A DNA stretch of 64,000 nucleotides from Ruminococcus sp. (GTDB lineage: Bacteria; Bacillota; Clostridia; Oscillospirales; Acutalibacteraceae), in the NCBI GenBank assembly GCA_045133515.1, contig JBGUUL010000012.1, positions 6,736 through 70,735 of the forward strand, in the 5' to 3' direction. The notes beneath the pieces are model-generated. The model searched no databases. It was not told the DNA's origin and saw nothing but the letters and a program-made list of their open reading frames with translations. Position 1 is the stretch's first letter. Every line of letters begins with the position of its first letter. Shown here one piece after another: positions 50,815 through 61,485 of this stretch. The translations under genes and the position numbers were made by a program.

Positions 50815-53800
50815 ATGAAAAGACTATTAAGACCTTTATCCTTGACTGTTGTTTTGGCAGTCATGGCTAGTATGATGACTTTTTCTGCCTTTTCAGCGAC
50901 AAAAAATGATAATTCTGTTGGAGCTGATATTGATATGGTAAGTTCAGGCACATACACAAATTCAAGCGAAAGTTACAAAACATATAGTGGTACAGACTTA
51001 GGTGCAACCTATTCACCTGCAAGCACCACTTTTAAGGTTTGGGCTCCAAGCGCAACTAATGTACAGCTAAAGCTGTATAAAACCGGCTCTGATTCAGAAG
51101 CAGGTGCAGGTGTTATTGGCACATACGATATGGAAAAAGATGCAAGTACAGGTGTGTGGTCAGTAGTACAAAGTGGCGACCTAAAGAATGTATATTATAC
51201 ATACCTTGTATCAGTAAATGGCAAGGTTAATGAAACACGAGATGTATATGCAAATGCTGCTGGTGTTAACGGTAAGCGTTCAATGGTTGTTGATTTATCC
51301 TCAACTGATCCTGATGGTTGGGAAAATGACGAACACATCCTATTTGATGAGCAGACAGATGCTATGGTTTGGGAGTTTTCTGTTCGTGACTTCTCACTTA
51401 ATTCAACATCAGGTGTTGATGCCGACAAGAGAGGTAAGTTCCTCGGTGTTGCTCAGCACGGAACAACCCTAAACGGTGCAGGAATTGTAAAGACAGGTAT
51501 TGATTATCTTATTGAAAATCAAGTGAATTGTGTTCAGATTATGCCAATGTATGATTTCGGTTCAGTTGATGAAACAAAGGGTGGTCAAAACTGGGGTTAT
51601 GACCCATACAACTACAATGTTCCAGAGGGCTCATTCTCCTCTGACCCATATAATGGTGAAGTGAGAATTAAAGAGCTTAAAACTATGATTAAGGCCCTCC
51701 ACGATGCAGGTATCTCTGTAATTATGGATGTTGTTTATAACCATGTTTATAGCACAGATGATACTCCATTTGAAATGACTGTTCCAGGCTACTATTTTAG
51801 AATGGATGGATCAAAGTTCCTTAATGGCTCAGGTTGTGGAAATGTTACTGCATCTGACAAAACAATGTACAGAAAGTTTATGATTGACTCCCTAAAATAT
51901 TGGGCAAACGAATATCACATTGACGGCTTCCGTTTTGACCTTATGGGATGTCACGATATTACAACAATGAACACAATTCGTTCCGAGCTTGACAAGATTG
52001 ATAAGAGAATTATTATGTACGGTGAGCCTTGGATGGCTGACTGGAGTGGTGGAAACGGAATTAGCAACTCACAGGCTGCTATTCTCGATAATGTAGGAAA
52101 GCTTGATGCAAGAGTTGGTTGCTTTGATGATAAGTCAAGAAGTGCTTTGAAGGGTGATGTTAATGACGCTTCAAAGGGATTTATCCAGGGTTCAACCTCA
52201 AACGACTGGGGCGTTAAGTCTGGCTGTATGGCAGGTGTAGGCTCAATGTGGGGCATAAACAAAGCACCTTCTCAAATTGTTCATTATCTGTCCTGCCACG
52301 ATAACCTCCCACTTTGGGATAAAATCCTAAAATCCTACAATAGTACAGATTATGATGGTACAAATGGTGAGTACATCAACGCAAATAAACTTGCTGCCGT
52401 ATTTACCTTTACATCACAGGGTATTCCATTTGTTCAGGCTGGTGAGGAGTTCGCAAGAACAAAGTACGGCGACCATAACTCTTATCAGTCAGGTGACGAA
52501 GTAAACAAGATGGATTGGACACGAGTTGTTAAGTACAGCAATCTTGTAAATTACTACAAGGGACTGAGAATGATTCGTAAAGTTTACAGCCCATTCTCAG
52601 ACGGTTCAAGCACATCAGTTTCATCTTCATATTTTGTAGATGCACCGGCAGGTGTTGTTGCTTATACAATGCAGAATAAGACAAAGAATGCTGCAAATGA
52701 GTGGGGAATGACTGCTGTTATCCTTAACACAAACAGTAGTGATAAGAGTGTTACTTTAAAGGCAACAACTGCACTTCCAACTCAGTGGGCAACTATTGTT
52801 AACGGAACATCAGCAGGGCTAAAGAACCTTGGTACAGTGTCTGGAAGCACAATTTCAGTTCCTGCAAGGTCAGCTCTTGTCCTTGTTGACAAGGCATCCT
52901 TTGATGAAAAGAATATTCAGGAACCAGGGGTAAGTAAACCAACAGTTCCTACACAGCCAACAACAACTTCTCCAAAGGAAGCTGTAATCACATATCATAT
53001 GCAGGATATTAAGGGTTATGAAAATGGCACTGTTACTGAAAAAACAACAGACAGCCACCTTACAAAGACCTTTGAGCCAGTTAGTGACGATTACTTCATC
53101 ACATATGCAAGAGTAATTACAGGCAATCAGGAGGTTACTGATACTGTATATAATCTTGACACAAACACAGTTGATATGGATGTTAAGGGCGATGTTGACA
53201 TTACTGTAATTGCAGTACCTCGTTCAACAGGGGAAGTAAGACTATATGGTGATATTAACGGTGACGGTCAAATCAATGTTACCGATGCAACAGCTGTACA
53301 GAAGGCGTCAGCAAGACTTGTTCAGCTTGACGAAACTCAGTCCAAGGTTGCTGATGTTGACGGTAACGGCAAGGTTAATATTCAGGATGCAACAGCAATT
53401 CAAAAGAGAGCTGTCAAGAGTATAAGTACCTTCCCTGTAGGGGATGTATTTAGTGGAGGAGAAACTCCTACCTATACAGTACCAACATTTGTAACTGCTA
53501 CAGAACCAACAACAGAGTCACAAACTGTTACAACAACATCAACTGTTGCCACAACTACAGAACCAACTACACCATTGCCATCAGGCACAATTAAGTTTGT
53601 TTCTAACATTGACTTAGGCAACGAAAGATGGGCTGCTTATTTCTGGAATGACACAGAAACAACTTGGGTTGATGTGGCATCTGACGGAACAGTTGAAGTT
53701 CCAAGTGGTGCAGAAAATGTTATTTTCGTAAGATTTAATGGTGAATCTACAGTTAACGCTTGGGATGAAGATGGCGCAACTGTAAAGAATGTTTGGAATC

Positions 53801-53898
53801 AGACAGAGGACTTAGTTCTTGGAGCAGGCACAACATTTACTGTTACCGATTGGGGTAACGGAGAATTTGGCTCAAAGCTTAGTGGCTCTTGGTCATAA
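50815..53898 (+). CDS. pulA: Secreted type I pullulanase (CBM48-GH13) with dockerin and C-terminal CBM-like module
   Basis: FKVWAP; NWGYDP; DVVYNH; GFRFDLMG; YGEPW; CHDN; dockerin GDINGDGQINVTDATAVQK...ADVDGNGKVNIQDATAIQK (~53242..53436). Confidence 0.92.
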   Translation: MKRLLRPLSLTVVLAVMASMMTFSAFSATKNDNSVGADIDMVSSGTYTNSSESYKTYSGTDLGATYSPASTTFKVWAPSATNVQLKLYKTGSDSEAGAGVIGTYDMEKDASTGVWSVVQSGDLKNVYYTYLVSVNGKVNETRDVYANAAGVNGKRSMVVDLSSTDPDGWENDEHILFDEQTDAMVWEFSVRDFSLNSTSGVDADKRGKFLGVAQHGTTLNGAGIVKTGIDYLIENQVNCVQIMPMYDFGSVDETKGGQNWGYDPYNYNVPEGSFSSDPYNGEVRIKELKTMIKALHDAGISVIMDVVYNHVYSTDDTPFEMTVPGYYFRMDGSKFLNGSGCGNVTASDKTMYRKFMIDSLKYWANEYHIDGFRFDLMGCHDITTMNTIRSELDKIDKRIIMYGEPWMADWSGGNGISNSQAAILDNVGKLDARVGCFDDKSRSALKGDVNDASKGFIQGSTSNDWGVKSGCMAGVGSMWGINKAPSQIVHYLSCHDNLPLWDKILKSYNSTDYDGTNGEYINANKLAAVFTFTSQGIPFVQAGEEFARTKYGDHNSYQSGDEVNKMDWTRVVKYSNLVNYYKGLRMIRKVYSPFSDGSSTSVSSSYFVDAPAGVVAYTMQNKTKNAANEWGMTAVILNTNSSDKSVTLKATTALPTQWATIVNGTSAGLKNLGTVSGSTISVPARSALVLVDKASFDEKNIQEPGVSKPTVPTQPTTTSPKEAVITYHMQDIKGYENGTVTEKTTDSHLTKTFEPVSDDYFITYARVITGNQEVTDTVYNLDTNTVDMDVKGDVDITVIAVPRSTGEVRLYGDINGDGQINVTDATAVQKASARLVQLDETQSKVADVDGNGKVNIQDATAIQKRAVKSISTFPVGDVFSGGETPTYTVPTFVTATEPTTESQTVTTTSTVATTTEPTTPLPSGTIKFVSNIDLGNERWAAYFWNDTETTWVDVASDGTVEVPSGAENVIFVRFNGESTVNAWDEDGATVKNVWNQTEDLVLGAGTTFTVTDWGNGEFGSKLSGSWS

Positions 53899-53975
53899 TA
53901 ACTATATAATAACAACAAGGGACTGCATAAGCAGTCCCTTGTTCAGCTTGTAGAAAAACCTTTCTACAAGCTGAG

Positions 53976-54198
53976 GGCTGCCGAAAAAGGAAGTCATATT
54001 TTCCGAGAAGTAACCGATAGTCGTACAAAGGTACTACAAGGTTGCTTCTCGGAAAAAGCAAATATCCCCCATTTATGGGGGATAAATTAGATGTAAACTC
54101 TGTAACAGGAATAAAACCCTTAACTTACTAAAGATGTAAGTTAAGGGTAATTTTTTGTTTTCAAATTTATTTGCGTTAGGACGGCTTTTTCGACAGTC
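53976..54198. mobile_element. Possible MITE-like non-autonomous element
   Basis: Imperfect terminal inverted repeats GGCTGCCGAAAAAG / CTTTTTCGACAGTC (12 of 14 match), internal hairpins, similar hairpins on both flanks. Confidence 0.45.
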
Positions 54199-54289
54199 AA
54201 CACAAGGGATTGCTTAGGCAATCCCTTTTTGTTTAGATAAGAAGAAATCGGACAGTTCTTTGGAACTGTCCGATTGATTTTAATAATGA

Positions 54290-55030
54290 TTATCTAACAA
54301 CAACCTTACATCTTCTGTACTTTCTACTTCCGTCATTTGCTTGGCAAGTGATGTAGCAAGCACCTTTGCCCTTGGCATAAATTCTACCATTTGAAGATAC
54401 TGTGGCAACTCTCTTGTTAGTTGTTGTCCACTTAACAGATTTGCTTGCACCTGCAGGGTAAACTGTAGCTCTTAGCTGATAAGCTCTGCCTCTATTTAAG
54501 GTAACACCAGTTCTGTTTAGCTTAACGCTTGTTGCCATTACCTTTGTAACCTTGGTGAAGCTTAGCTTCTTGTAGTTACTAGTATTTTGTGTTTTTCCAT
54601 AGGCTTTGCCGGAAACACCGTCAAGGCACTGTAAATCAAAAGAAGTGTATTTTCTGCCTGATGATGTTACTTTAAACTTCATACCGATTATGGAAGTTTT
54701 AGTCCTAAAGTCCATTGGCTTTGCAAGACAAATGGAGTTGAAACGAATTTCATTGGATAATTTTTCGTTGTGGATAAAGCTACCTGTTTTCATTTTGCTA
54801 CTGTAGGAGGTAGCAAGGAGCTGTAGTCCCTTTGAGTACTTTACAGTAACCTGAATATCCTCCATTTTTTCAGGAGCCTTCATTTGATAGTAAACATAAA
54901 CTATTCCGTTTACTGATGCAGCCCTGCCATTTACAGATGTAGTAGTTGCTGCACTTGTTGTAGATACACCTATTGTCATAGCTGAAATAGCCATAATAAG
55001 TGTTAGAAAAATTGAAATTATTTTCTTCAT
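54290..55030 (-). CDS. Secreted cohesin-like domain plus basic Big_2 domain (candidate mini-scaffoldin)
   Basis: Signal peptide; YYQMKAPEKMEDIQVTVKYS.GLQL...EIRFNS...DF......MKFKV beta-pattern; C-terminal RATVYP...VATVSSNG. Confidence 0.6.
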   Translation of the reverse strand: MKKIISIFLTLIMAISAMTIGVSTTSAATTTSVNGRAASVNGIVYVYYQMKAPEKMEDIQVTVKYSKGLQLLATSYSSKMKTGSFIHNEKLSNEIRFNSICLAKPMDFRTKTSIIGMKFKVTSSGRKYTSFDLQCLDGVSGKAYGKTQNTSNYKKLSFTKVTKVMATSVKLNRTGVTLNRGRAYQLRATVYPAGASKSVKWTTTNKRVATVSSNGRIYAKGKGACYITCQANDGSRKYRRCKVVVR

Positions 55031-55168
55031 TTTTATCACCTCAACTATAATTATAATCAATAATTATGAACAAATCAATAAAATGGGTTCTAAAATTTTA
55101 TGTAGATTTTTAGGCATAACAAACAAAAACCCTCTTGCCATATAGCAAGAGGGATAGAAAATACGGGT

Positions 55169-56683
55169 TTATTCAATAATTGATTTACCTGTCATTTCTT
55201 CTGGCTGTGGAAGTCCCATAATCTTGAGCATTGTTGGTGCAATGTCAGCCAGTCTGCCACCCTCACGGAGGGTACAAGGATAGTTAACTACGCAGAATGG
55301 AACAGGGTTTGTTGTATGAGCAGTAAATGGTGAACCGTCAGCCTCATACATTTTGTCTGCGTTGCCGTGGTCAGCAGTAATAAGTGCTGTACCGTCCATT
55401 TCCTTAATAGCTGTTACAACATCACCAACGCACTTGTCAACTGCCTGTACAGCAGAAACTGCAGCGTCAAACACACCTGTGTGACCAACCATATCACAGT
55501 TGGCAAAGTTAAGAATAATCATATCGTACTTGCCACTTCTGATAGCCTCACAGCACTTGTCGGAAACCTCATAAGCTGACATTTCAGGCTGTAGGTCATA
55601 GGTAGCAACCTTAGGTGACTTAACAAGGATTCTGTCCTCGTTTTCATACTGCTTTTCAACACCACCGTTAAAGAAGAAGGTTACATGTGCATACTTCTCT
55701 GTTTCGGCAATTCTTAGCTGTGTAAGTCCCTTGTCAGAAACATATTCGCCAATTGTGTTTGTAAGTGACTGTGGCTTAAATGCAACATCAACATTTGGCA
55801 TTGTTGCATCATACTGTGTCATACATACGAATGTAACAGGGAAGAAGCCATTTTTTCTTTCAAAACCGTCAAAGCTTTCGTCAACAAGTGTTCTTGTGAT
55901 TTCTCTTGCTCTGTCTGGACGGAAGTTGAAGAATACAACGGAGTCATTTGCCTTAATGGTGTCGCCACCCTCAATAACTGTTGGAAGAACGAACTCGTCA
56001 GTAACATCCTTGTCGTAGGAAGCCTGAACAGCCTCAGCAGCAGAACTTGCTTTTTCGCCTTCGCCATAAACCATAGCAGAATAAGCCTTTTCAACTCTTT
56101 CCCAACGGTTATCTCTGTCCATAGCATAGTATCTGCCGTTTACTGTGGCAATCTTACCAACGCCGATTTCTGCCATTTTTTCTTCACATTCAATTACAAA
56201 GTCCTTGGCTGATGATGGTGGAACATCTCTACCGTCAAGGAATGCGTGAACATAAACCTTTGAAAGACCTGCGTCCTTACAAAGCTTTAGAAGTCCATAG
56301 AGGTGAGTGTTGTGTGAATGAACGCCACCACTTGAGAGAAGTCCCATAAAGTGTAGGGAGGAGTTGTTCTCCTTTGCATTGTTGATCGCCTTTTTGATAG
56401 CCTCATTGTCTTTGATTTCGCCCTCGTTAATGGACTTTGTGATTCTTGTAAGCTCCTGATATACAACTCGACCTGCGCCGATGTTTGTATGACCAACCTC
56501 GGAGTTACCCATCTGACCGTCAGGAAGGCCTACATCCATACCTGATGCGCCGATTGATGTAACTGGGTTTTCAGCAAAAAGCTTGTCAAGATTTGGTGTG
56601 TTGGCTGAAGAAATTGCGTTGTCCTTATCGGCATTTGCAATTCCGTAGCCGTCTAATATCATTAAAATTAGTGGTTTTTTCAT
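55169..56683 (-). CDS. gpmI: 2,3-BPG-independent phosphoglycerate mutase
   Basis: [41 protein letters not shown]. Confidence 0.97.
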   Translation of the reverse strand: MKKPLILMILDGYGIANADKDNAISSANTPNLDKLFAENPVTSIGASGMDVGLPDGQMGNSEVGHTNIGAGRVVYQELTRITKSINEGEIKDNEAIKKAINNAKENNSSLHFMGLLSSGGVHSHNTHLYGLLKLCKDAGLSKVYVHAFLDGRDVPPSSAKDFVIECEEKMAEIGVGKIATVNGRYYAMDRDNRWERVEKAYSAMVYGEGEKASSAAEAVQASYDKDVTDEFVLPTVIEGGDTIKANDSVVFFNFRPDRAREITRTLVDESFDGFERKNGFFPVTFVCMTQYDATMPNVDVAFKPQSLTNTIGEYVSDKGLTQLRIAETEKYAHVTFFFNGGVEKQYENEDRILVKSPKVATYDLQPEMSAYEVSDKCCEAIRSGKYDMIILNFANCDMVGHTGVFDAAVSAVQAVDKCVGDVVTAIKEMDGTALITADHGNADKMYEADGSPFTAHTTNPVPFCVVNYPCTLREGGRLADIAPTMLKIMGLPQPEEMTGKSIIE

Positions 56684-56710
56684 TTATATATCAATCCTTA
56701 TTTTTGTTGA

Positions 56711-57478
56711 TTACTTAGAAGCAGCTGCAACGATTGGCTGGAACTTGTCTGCTACTAGGGATGCGCCACCGATAAGACCACCGTCAACATCAGCCTTAGC
56801 AAGAAGCTCCTCAGCATTACCTGCATTCATAGAACCACCATACTGGATTGTAACAGCATCAGCAACATCCTGGCTGTAGAGCTTTGCAAGAGTAGCACGA
56901 ATAAATGCGCATACTTCCTGTGCCTGCTCAGCAGTAGCTGTTTTGCCTGTGCCGATAGCCCAAACTGGCTCGTAAGCAATAACTGTGTTCTTAACATCAT
57001 CAGCAGAAACATCAAAGAGGTCAAGCTTAATCTGTCTTGCAATAACTTCCTCAGTAATGTCACATTCTCTTTCCCAGAGAAGTTCTCCAACGCAAACGAT
57101 TGGCTTTAGACCTGCTGCAAGAACAGCCTTTGTTCTCTTGTTAACAGTTTCATCTGTTTCGCCAAAGTACTGTCTTCTTTCGCTATGACCGAGAACAACA
57201 TATTCTACACCAAGCTCCTTGAGCATACCTGTTGAGATTTCACCTGTGTATGCGCCACTTTCTTCCCAATGGCAGTTTTCAGCACCGATTTTGATGTTTG
57301 TGCCCTTTGTAGTTTCAACAGCAACAGCAATATCAACATATGGTACGCAAGCGATAACTTCACAGTCAGCATCCTTAACCATAGGGATAAGCTCAGTAAG
57401 GAGAGCCTTTGCCTCTGATGGAGTTTTGTTCATTTTCCAGTTACCGGCAATAATTGCCTTTCTTTTACTCTTATCCAT
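56711..57478 (-). CDS. tpiA: Triosephosphate isomerase
   Basis: AGNWKMN, GHSERR, AYEPVWAIGTG, GGASL. Confidence 0.97.
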   Translation of the reverse strand: MDKSKRKAIIAGNWKMNKTPSEAKALLTELIPMVKDADCEVIACVPYVDIAVAVETTKGTNIKIGAENCHWEESGAYTGEISTGMLKELGVEYVVLGHSERRQYFGETDETVNKRTKAVLAAGLKPIVCVGELLWERECDITEEVIARQIKLDLFDVSADDVKNTVIAYEPVWAIGTGKTATAEQAQEVCAFIRATLAKLYSQDVADAVTIQYGGSMNAGNAEELLAKADVDGGLIGGASLVADKFQPIVAAASK

Positions 57479-57554
57479 TTTATATTCCTCACTTAAATAA
57501 ATTTATTTTTATGTGTTAAGGGCGAACTTTAAGTCCGCCCTACTAATTACTTAA

Positions 57555-58763
57555 TTACTTGTCAGCAATAACATCAATACCAGGAAGAACCTTACCCTCA
57601 AGATATTCAAGAGATGCGCCACCACCAGTTGAGATGTGGCTCATCTTGTCAGCAAAGCCAAGAGAGATAACAGCAGCAGCTGAATCACCACCACCGATAA
57701 TTGTTGTAGCGTCTGTATCTGCAAGAGCCTGTGCTACTGCAATTGTACCACCTGCAAGTGATGGATTTTCAGAAACACCCATAGGGCCGTTCCATACAAC
57801 TGTCTTTGCAGACTTAACAGCCTCAGCAAACATCTTAGCTGTTTCTGTACCAATATCAAGACCTTCCTTGTTATCAGGGATTTCGCTTGACTTAACAACC
57901 TGTGTTTCAATTGGAGCATCAATTGGGTCAGGGAAACCGTCAGCAACGGTTGTGTCGATTGGGAGAAGGAGCTTCTTGCCAAGCTTTTCAGCCTTAGCCA
58001 TCATTTCCTTACAGTAATCAATCTTGCTGTCGTCAACAAGGGAAAGTCCAACATTGCCACCCTTTGCCTTGATGAATGTGTAAGCCATACCACCACCGAT
58101 AATGAGTGTATCGCACTTTTCAAGAAGGTTAGAGATAACATTGAGCTTGTCAGCAACCTTTGCGCCACCAAGGATAGCCACAAATGGTCTAACTGGGTTT
58201 TCAACAGCGTTGCCGAGGTAGTCAATTTCTTTCTGCATAAGGTAACCAACAGCTGTGTCCTTAATGTGGTTTGTAACACCAGCAGTTGAGCAGTGAGCTC
58301 TGTGAGCTGAACCAAAAGCGTCCATTACAAAGCAGTCAGCAAGAGATGCAAGCTCCTCTGAGAATGGCTCAAGGTTCTTTGTTTCTTCTTTTCTAAATCT
58401 TGTGTTCTGAAGAAGTACAACATCTCCGTCCTTCATATTAGCAACAGCTGCCTTTGCATTTTCGCCAACAACCTCGTCATCAGCAGCAAAAACAACATCC
58501 TTGCCAAGAAGTTCAGAAAGTCTAACTGCAACAGGAGCAAGAGAGAACTTTTCTTCAGGGCCGTTCTTTGGCTTACCAAGGTGAGAACAAAGGATAACCT
58601 TTCCACCGTCATTCATAATCTTTTTGATTGTTGGTAAAGCAGCAGTAATTCTGTTGTCGTTTGTAATAACTCCGTCCTTAAGAGGAACATTGAAGTCACA
58701 ACGGCAAAGTACCTTTTTACCAGCGTAGTTTACATCATCTACAGTAACTTTGTTTAAACCCAT
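57555..58763 (-). CDS. pgk: Phosphoglycerate kinase
   Basis: [32 protein letters not shown]. Confidence 0.97.
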   Translation of the reverse strand: MGLNKVTVDDVNYAGKKVLCRCDFNVPLKDGVITNDNRITAALPTIKKIMNDGGKVILCSHLGKPKNGPEEKFSLAPVAVRLSELLGKDVVFAADDEVVGENAKAAVANMKDGDVVLLQNTRFRKEETKNLEPFSEELASLADCFVMDAFGSAHRAHCSTAGVTNHIKDTAVGYLMQKEIDYLGNAVENPVRPFVAILGGAKVADKLNVISNLLEKCDTLIIGGGMAYTFIKAKGGNVGLSLVDDSKIDYCKEMMAKAEKLGKKLLLPIDTTVADGFPDPIDAPIETQVVKSSEIPDNKEGLDIGTETAKMFAEAVKSAKTVVWNGPMGVSENPSLAGGTIAVAQALADTDATTIIGGGDSAAAVISLGFADKMSHISTGGGASLEYLEGKVLPGIDVIADK

Positions 58764-58967
58764 ATTTTAAACATCCTTTCAAATAAAATACTGATTTATA
58801 GAACCGAGGACATTATCCCCAGATATAATAATTATATAACAAAATTGTAATGGTTTCAATAGCTACAAGGCATATTATACGAAAATTTTACAGAAAATTT
58901 TACAGAAAAACGGGATATAATATCCGTACTAAGAAATAATACTGTTATAGGACAAATATTATTTATT

Positions 58968-59468
58968 TTAATCCCAGCTATGACGGTGTAGTTCACCGTG
59001 AGTCAGCAAATCAGGATAATCCCATTGTCTTAGAACCTCATATACAGCGATGGCAACAGAGTTACTAAGATTAAGGCTACGGGCATCCTTTACCATTGGT
59101 ATCCTTACACAGCTTTCCTTATGCTGTAGTAGAAAATGCTCAGGCAAACCTCTTGTTTCTTTGCCGAAAATAAGGTAGCAGTTGTCTGGGTAATTTACAT
59201 CAACATAGCGATTAAGTGCCTTTGTGGTGTAGAGGAAGTACTTGCCACCCTTTGTTTTTTCTAAAAAATCATCAAGGTTTTCATAATATGTAATATCCAG
59301 CATATGCCAATAATCAAGGCCAGCTCTTTTAAGAGTTTTGTCGTCAATTTTAAAGCCAAGAGGCTTTACGAGATGTAGTCTTGCCCCTGTAGCTGCACAG
59401 GTTCTTGCTATGTTACCTGTGTTCTGTGGAATTTCAGGCTCCACCATTACAATGTTCAGTATTGCCAA
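58968..59468 (-). CDS. trmL: tRNA (cytidine/uridine-34-2'-O)-methyltransferase
   Basis: EPEIPQNTGNI, RAGLDYW, FGKETRGL, RSLNLSN; TTG start after GAGGTG. Confidence 0.92.
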   Translation of the reverse strand: MAILNIVMVEPEIPQNTGNIARTCAATGARLHLVKPLGFKIDDKTLKRAGLDYWHMLDITYYENLDDFLEKTKGGKYFLYTTKALNRYVDVNYPDNCYLIFGKETRGLPEHFLLQHKESCVRIPMVKDARSLNLSNSVAIAVYEVLRQWDYPDLLTHGELHRHSWD

Positions 59469-59591
59469 AATAATCACCTCTATGCCATTATAATACATCT
59501 GAAAATTATTTGCAAATTATGGAGGATGTACCTCTCTTTTTCACTAATACAGAATATATGTGTAGGAACAATAGTATTAGGAGGTGATTTT

Positions 59592-59771
59592 GTGAATGGT
59601 TCAAGGATGTTCAAGGGGATTTGCCTTGGTATGGCGTCAGGTATAGCAGTTGGTATGATTGGCGAAAAGGTGCTTGAAGGCAAAATGAAAAAGCCTATGA
59701 AGAAGAAAATGAGCAAGGCAATACACGCTATGGAAGAAATGGTAGATACTGCCTCATATATGTTTAGATAA
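59592..59771 (+). CDS. Small hypothetical protein (59 aa) with a Gly-rich hydrophobic helix
   Basis: GGAGGTG RBS then GTG; MNGSRMFKGICLGMASGIAVGMIG... Confidence 0.6.
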   Translation: MNGSRMFKGICLGMASGIAVGMIGEKVLEGKMKKPMKKKMSKAIHAMEEMVDTASYMFR

Positions 59772-59786
59772 AAAGGTGGGGTTGCC

Positions 59787-61070
59787 CTATTGGACAGCCC
59801 CATAAAATCTTTTGATTAAGCTAAGTATAAATACAAGGGCAATCAGTGCCGATAGTTCAAAAAATGCACTAATGCCAAAGATAAGGGAAATAAGAGGAAT
59901 TATTGTGAAAATTCCTGTTAAAACAATGTGGAGTAACTTGCTTTCCTTTACTGCTGAAAGTCCTGTACATAGAGTGAAGAAAAACAGCACAGTAATTACA
60001 GGAGTAAGTCCGGTAAGGATTAAAAGAGTACCGTTGTAGAGATTAAGAGGGAAGTGGTTGCCTCCAAAAAGTAGGGTGCTTTCCCTCTGCAAGGTTTCTC
60101 CAAGGGTGGTTATCATATGAGAAATACTAAAGAGATTTTCCTTGTCAATGTAGTTGTAAACAAGATGGAAGTTCCTAAGACTGAAGAACCCAAGGAGAAT
60201 TATAACTATAGGTATTCCCACAAGGACTAAGAGCCTAAGGGAAATTTGAAGAATATTACTTGATAAAAATTTGGATAAATACTGCTTGTCCATTTTCCTT
60301 TTTACAAAGCTAATTGATGAGGAAAAGACTCTAACCCATAGCATAATAAGATATATTGCAATTACTATAGTGATGATAAAGCTGAGAACACTTGTAAAGC
60401 TGTTTATAGCCAAATTCTTTTCGGTAAAGTCTATCCTTTCAAAATTTTCAAAGGAAAGCTTTGGAAACAGCCTTGCAATATCTGTACCCTCAACACAGGT
60501 AAGTGTTGTGAGCTTTTCATTTTCGTAATTATTTACAGAGGTGTAGGGAATATAAATTCTTTCCTTATCATCCTTAAAAAGGTTGTTCAGACTGTCATTT
60601 TTATCATCATATATTCCTGTTACTCTGTAACGGAGGTCGTTTAGTTTAAAGGTTTTTCCTATTGCTGTGTCACCGTAAAAATGCTCCTCAGCAAAGGTTT
60701 TGCCGATAACAGCAGTTCTTACCTTAACATCCTCCATAACCTCAGTTATGCCCTCACCCTCTACAGTAATGTTGCTGTAGGGTAGGAAATTGTGGTTAAT
60801 GAGAACAGGAGTTATTTTTGTTTCATAAACCTCTTTTTCGTCAAGCTCACAGGCAAAGGCTGTTTCAGTCATTTCCTCATAGGTGTCTGTAAGGTTTTGA
60901 TAGTCTTTTATTGTGAATTGTGATTCCCCTTGTGATATTACATTCTGTAGAGAAAGGGTGGTGTTTTTGTTCTGCTCCTTATAGTTGTTAAGAACAGAGG
61001 TGAACATACCAATGCTTAGAAACAACCCAAGGGTGACAATGGCGAAAATAATAATTTTTGATTTTTTCAT
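59787..61070 (-). CDS. Membrane protein with MacB-like periplasmic core domain
   Basis: N-terminal TM; AVIGKTFAEEHF...AIGKTFKLN...VTGI...IYIPY; several C-terminal TMs. Confidence 0.7.
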   Translation of the reverse strand: MKKSKIIIFAIVTLGLFLSIGMFTSVLNNYKEQNKNTTLSLQNVISQGESQFTIKDYQNLTDTYEEMTETAFACELDEKEVYETKITPVLINHNFLPYSNITVEGEGITEVMEDVKVRTAVIGKTFAEEHFYGDTAIGKTFKLNDLRYRVTGIYDDKNDSLNNLFKDDKERIYIPYTSVNNYENEKLTTLTCVEGTDIARLFPKLSFENFERIDFTEKNLAINSFTSVLSFIITIVIAIYLIMLWVRVFSSSISFVKRKMDKQYLSKFLSSNILQISLRLLVLVGIPIVIILLGFFSLRNFHLVYNYIDKENLFSISHMITTLGETLQRESTLLFGGNHFPLNLYNGTLLILTGLTPVITVLFFFTLCTGLSAVKESKLLHIVLTGIFTIIPLISLIFGISAFFELSALIALVFILSLIKRFYGAVQ

Positions 61071-61477
61071 AGTATATCTGCCTTTACAAGTACTGTTTCT
61101 CCAAGCTCAATTTCCTTGTTGCTATCACAGATTGCCAGAACATTCATAGTTAGCTGTTCAATCTCTGTTTGCATACCATTTGTTTTTACCACCTGTACTT
61201 CCATTTTGTTTACCTCGTAGTCGCCCTTTGAGTTGCGTTTTACATAGTAAAGCTCATTATTCTTTATAGCCGAGGAAGGCACAAGTGTGTAGCCTGGAAA
61301 TGTTGCGTCAGGATTGTCAAGGTCACCACTTGAGGTTAACGATGTGGTAACTGTTGCATAGAGCATACCGTCAATTTGACTTGACACAAGGGTGAGTCCT
61401 CCCAAAATTAGGAAGAAAAGTACCCCAAAGGTAATTACGCCTATTTGGAAATGCTTTCTTAAATTTCTTTCTTTCAT
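61067..61477 (-). CDS. Short membrane-fusion/adaptor-like protein
   Basis: TM helix then LVPSSAI...YYV...V.V...NG...EI...GETV, resembling the C-terminal domain of efflux adaptors. Confidence 0.5.
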   Translation of the reverse strand: MKERNLRKHFQIGVITFGVLFFLILGGLTLVSSQIDGMLYATVTTSLTSSGDLDNPDATFPGYTLVPSSAIKNNELYYVKRNSKGDYEVNKMEVQVVKTNGMQTEIEQLTMNVLAICDSNKEIELGETVLVKADIL

Positions 61478-61485
61478 ATTGTCAC

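Noticed and set aside
53900-54290. CRISPR array, tRNA or a real 60-aa ORF (53879..54061) in the palindromic spacer
   Set aside because: No equal-length repeats with spacers, no cloverleaf, and the ORF runs through hairpins with no recognisable motif.
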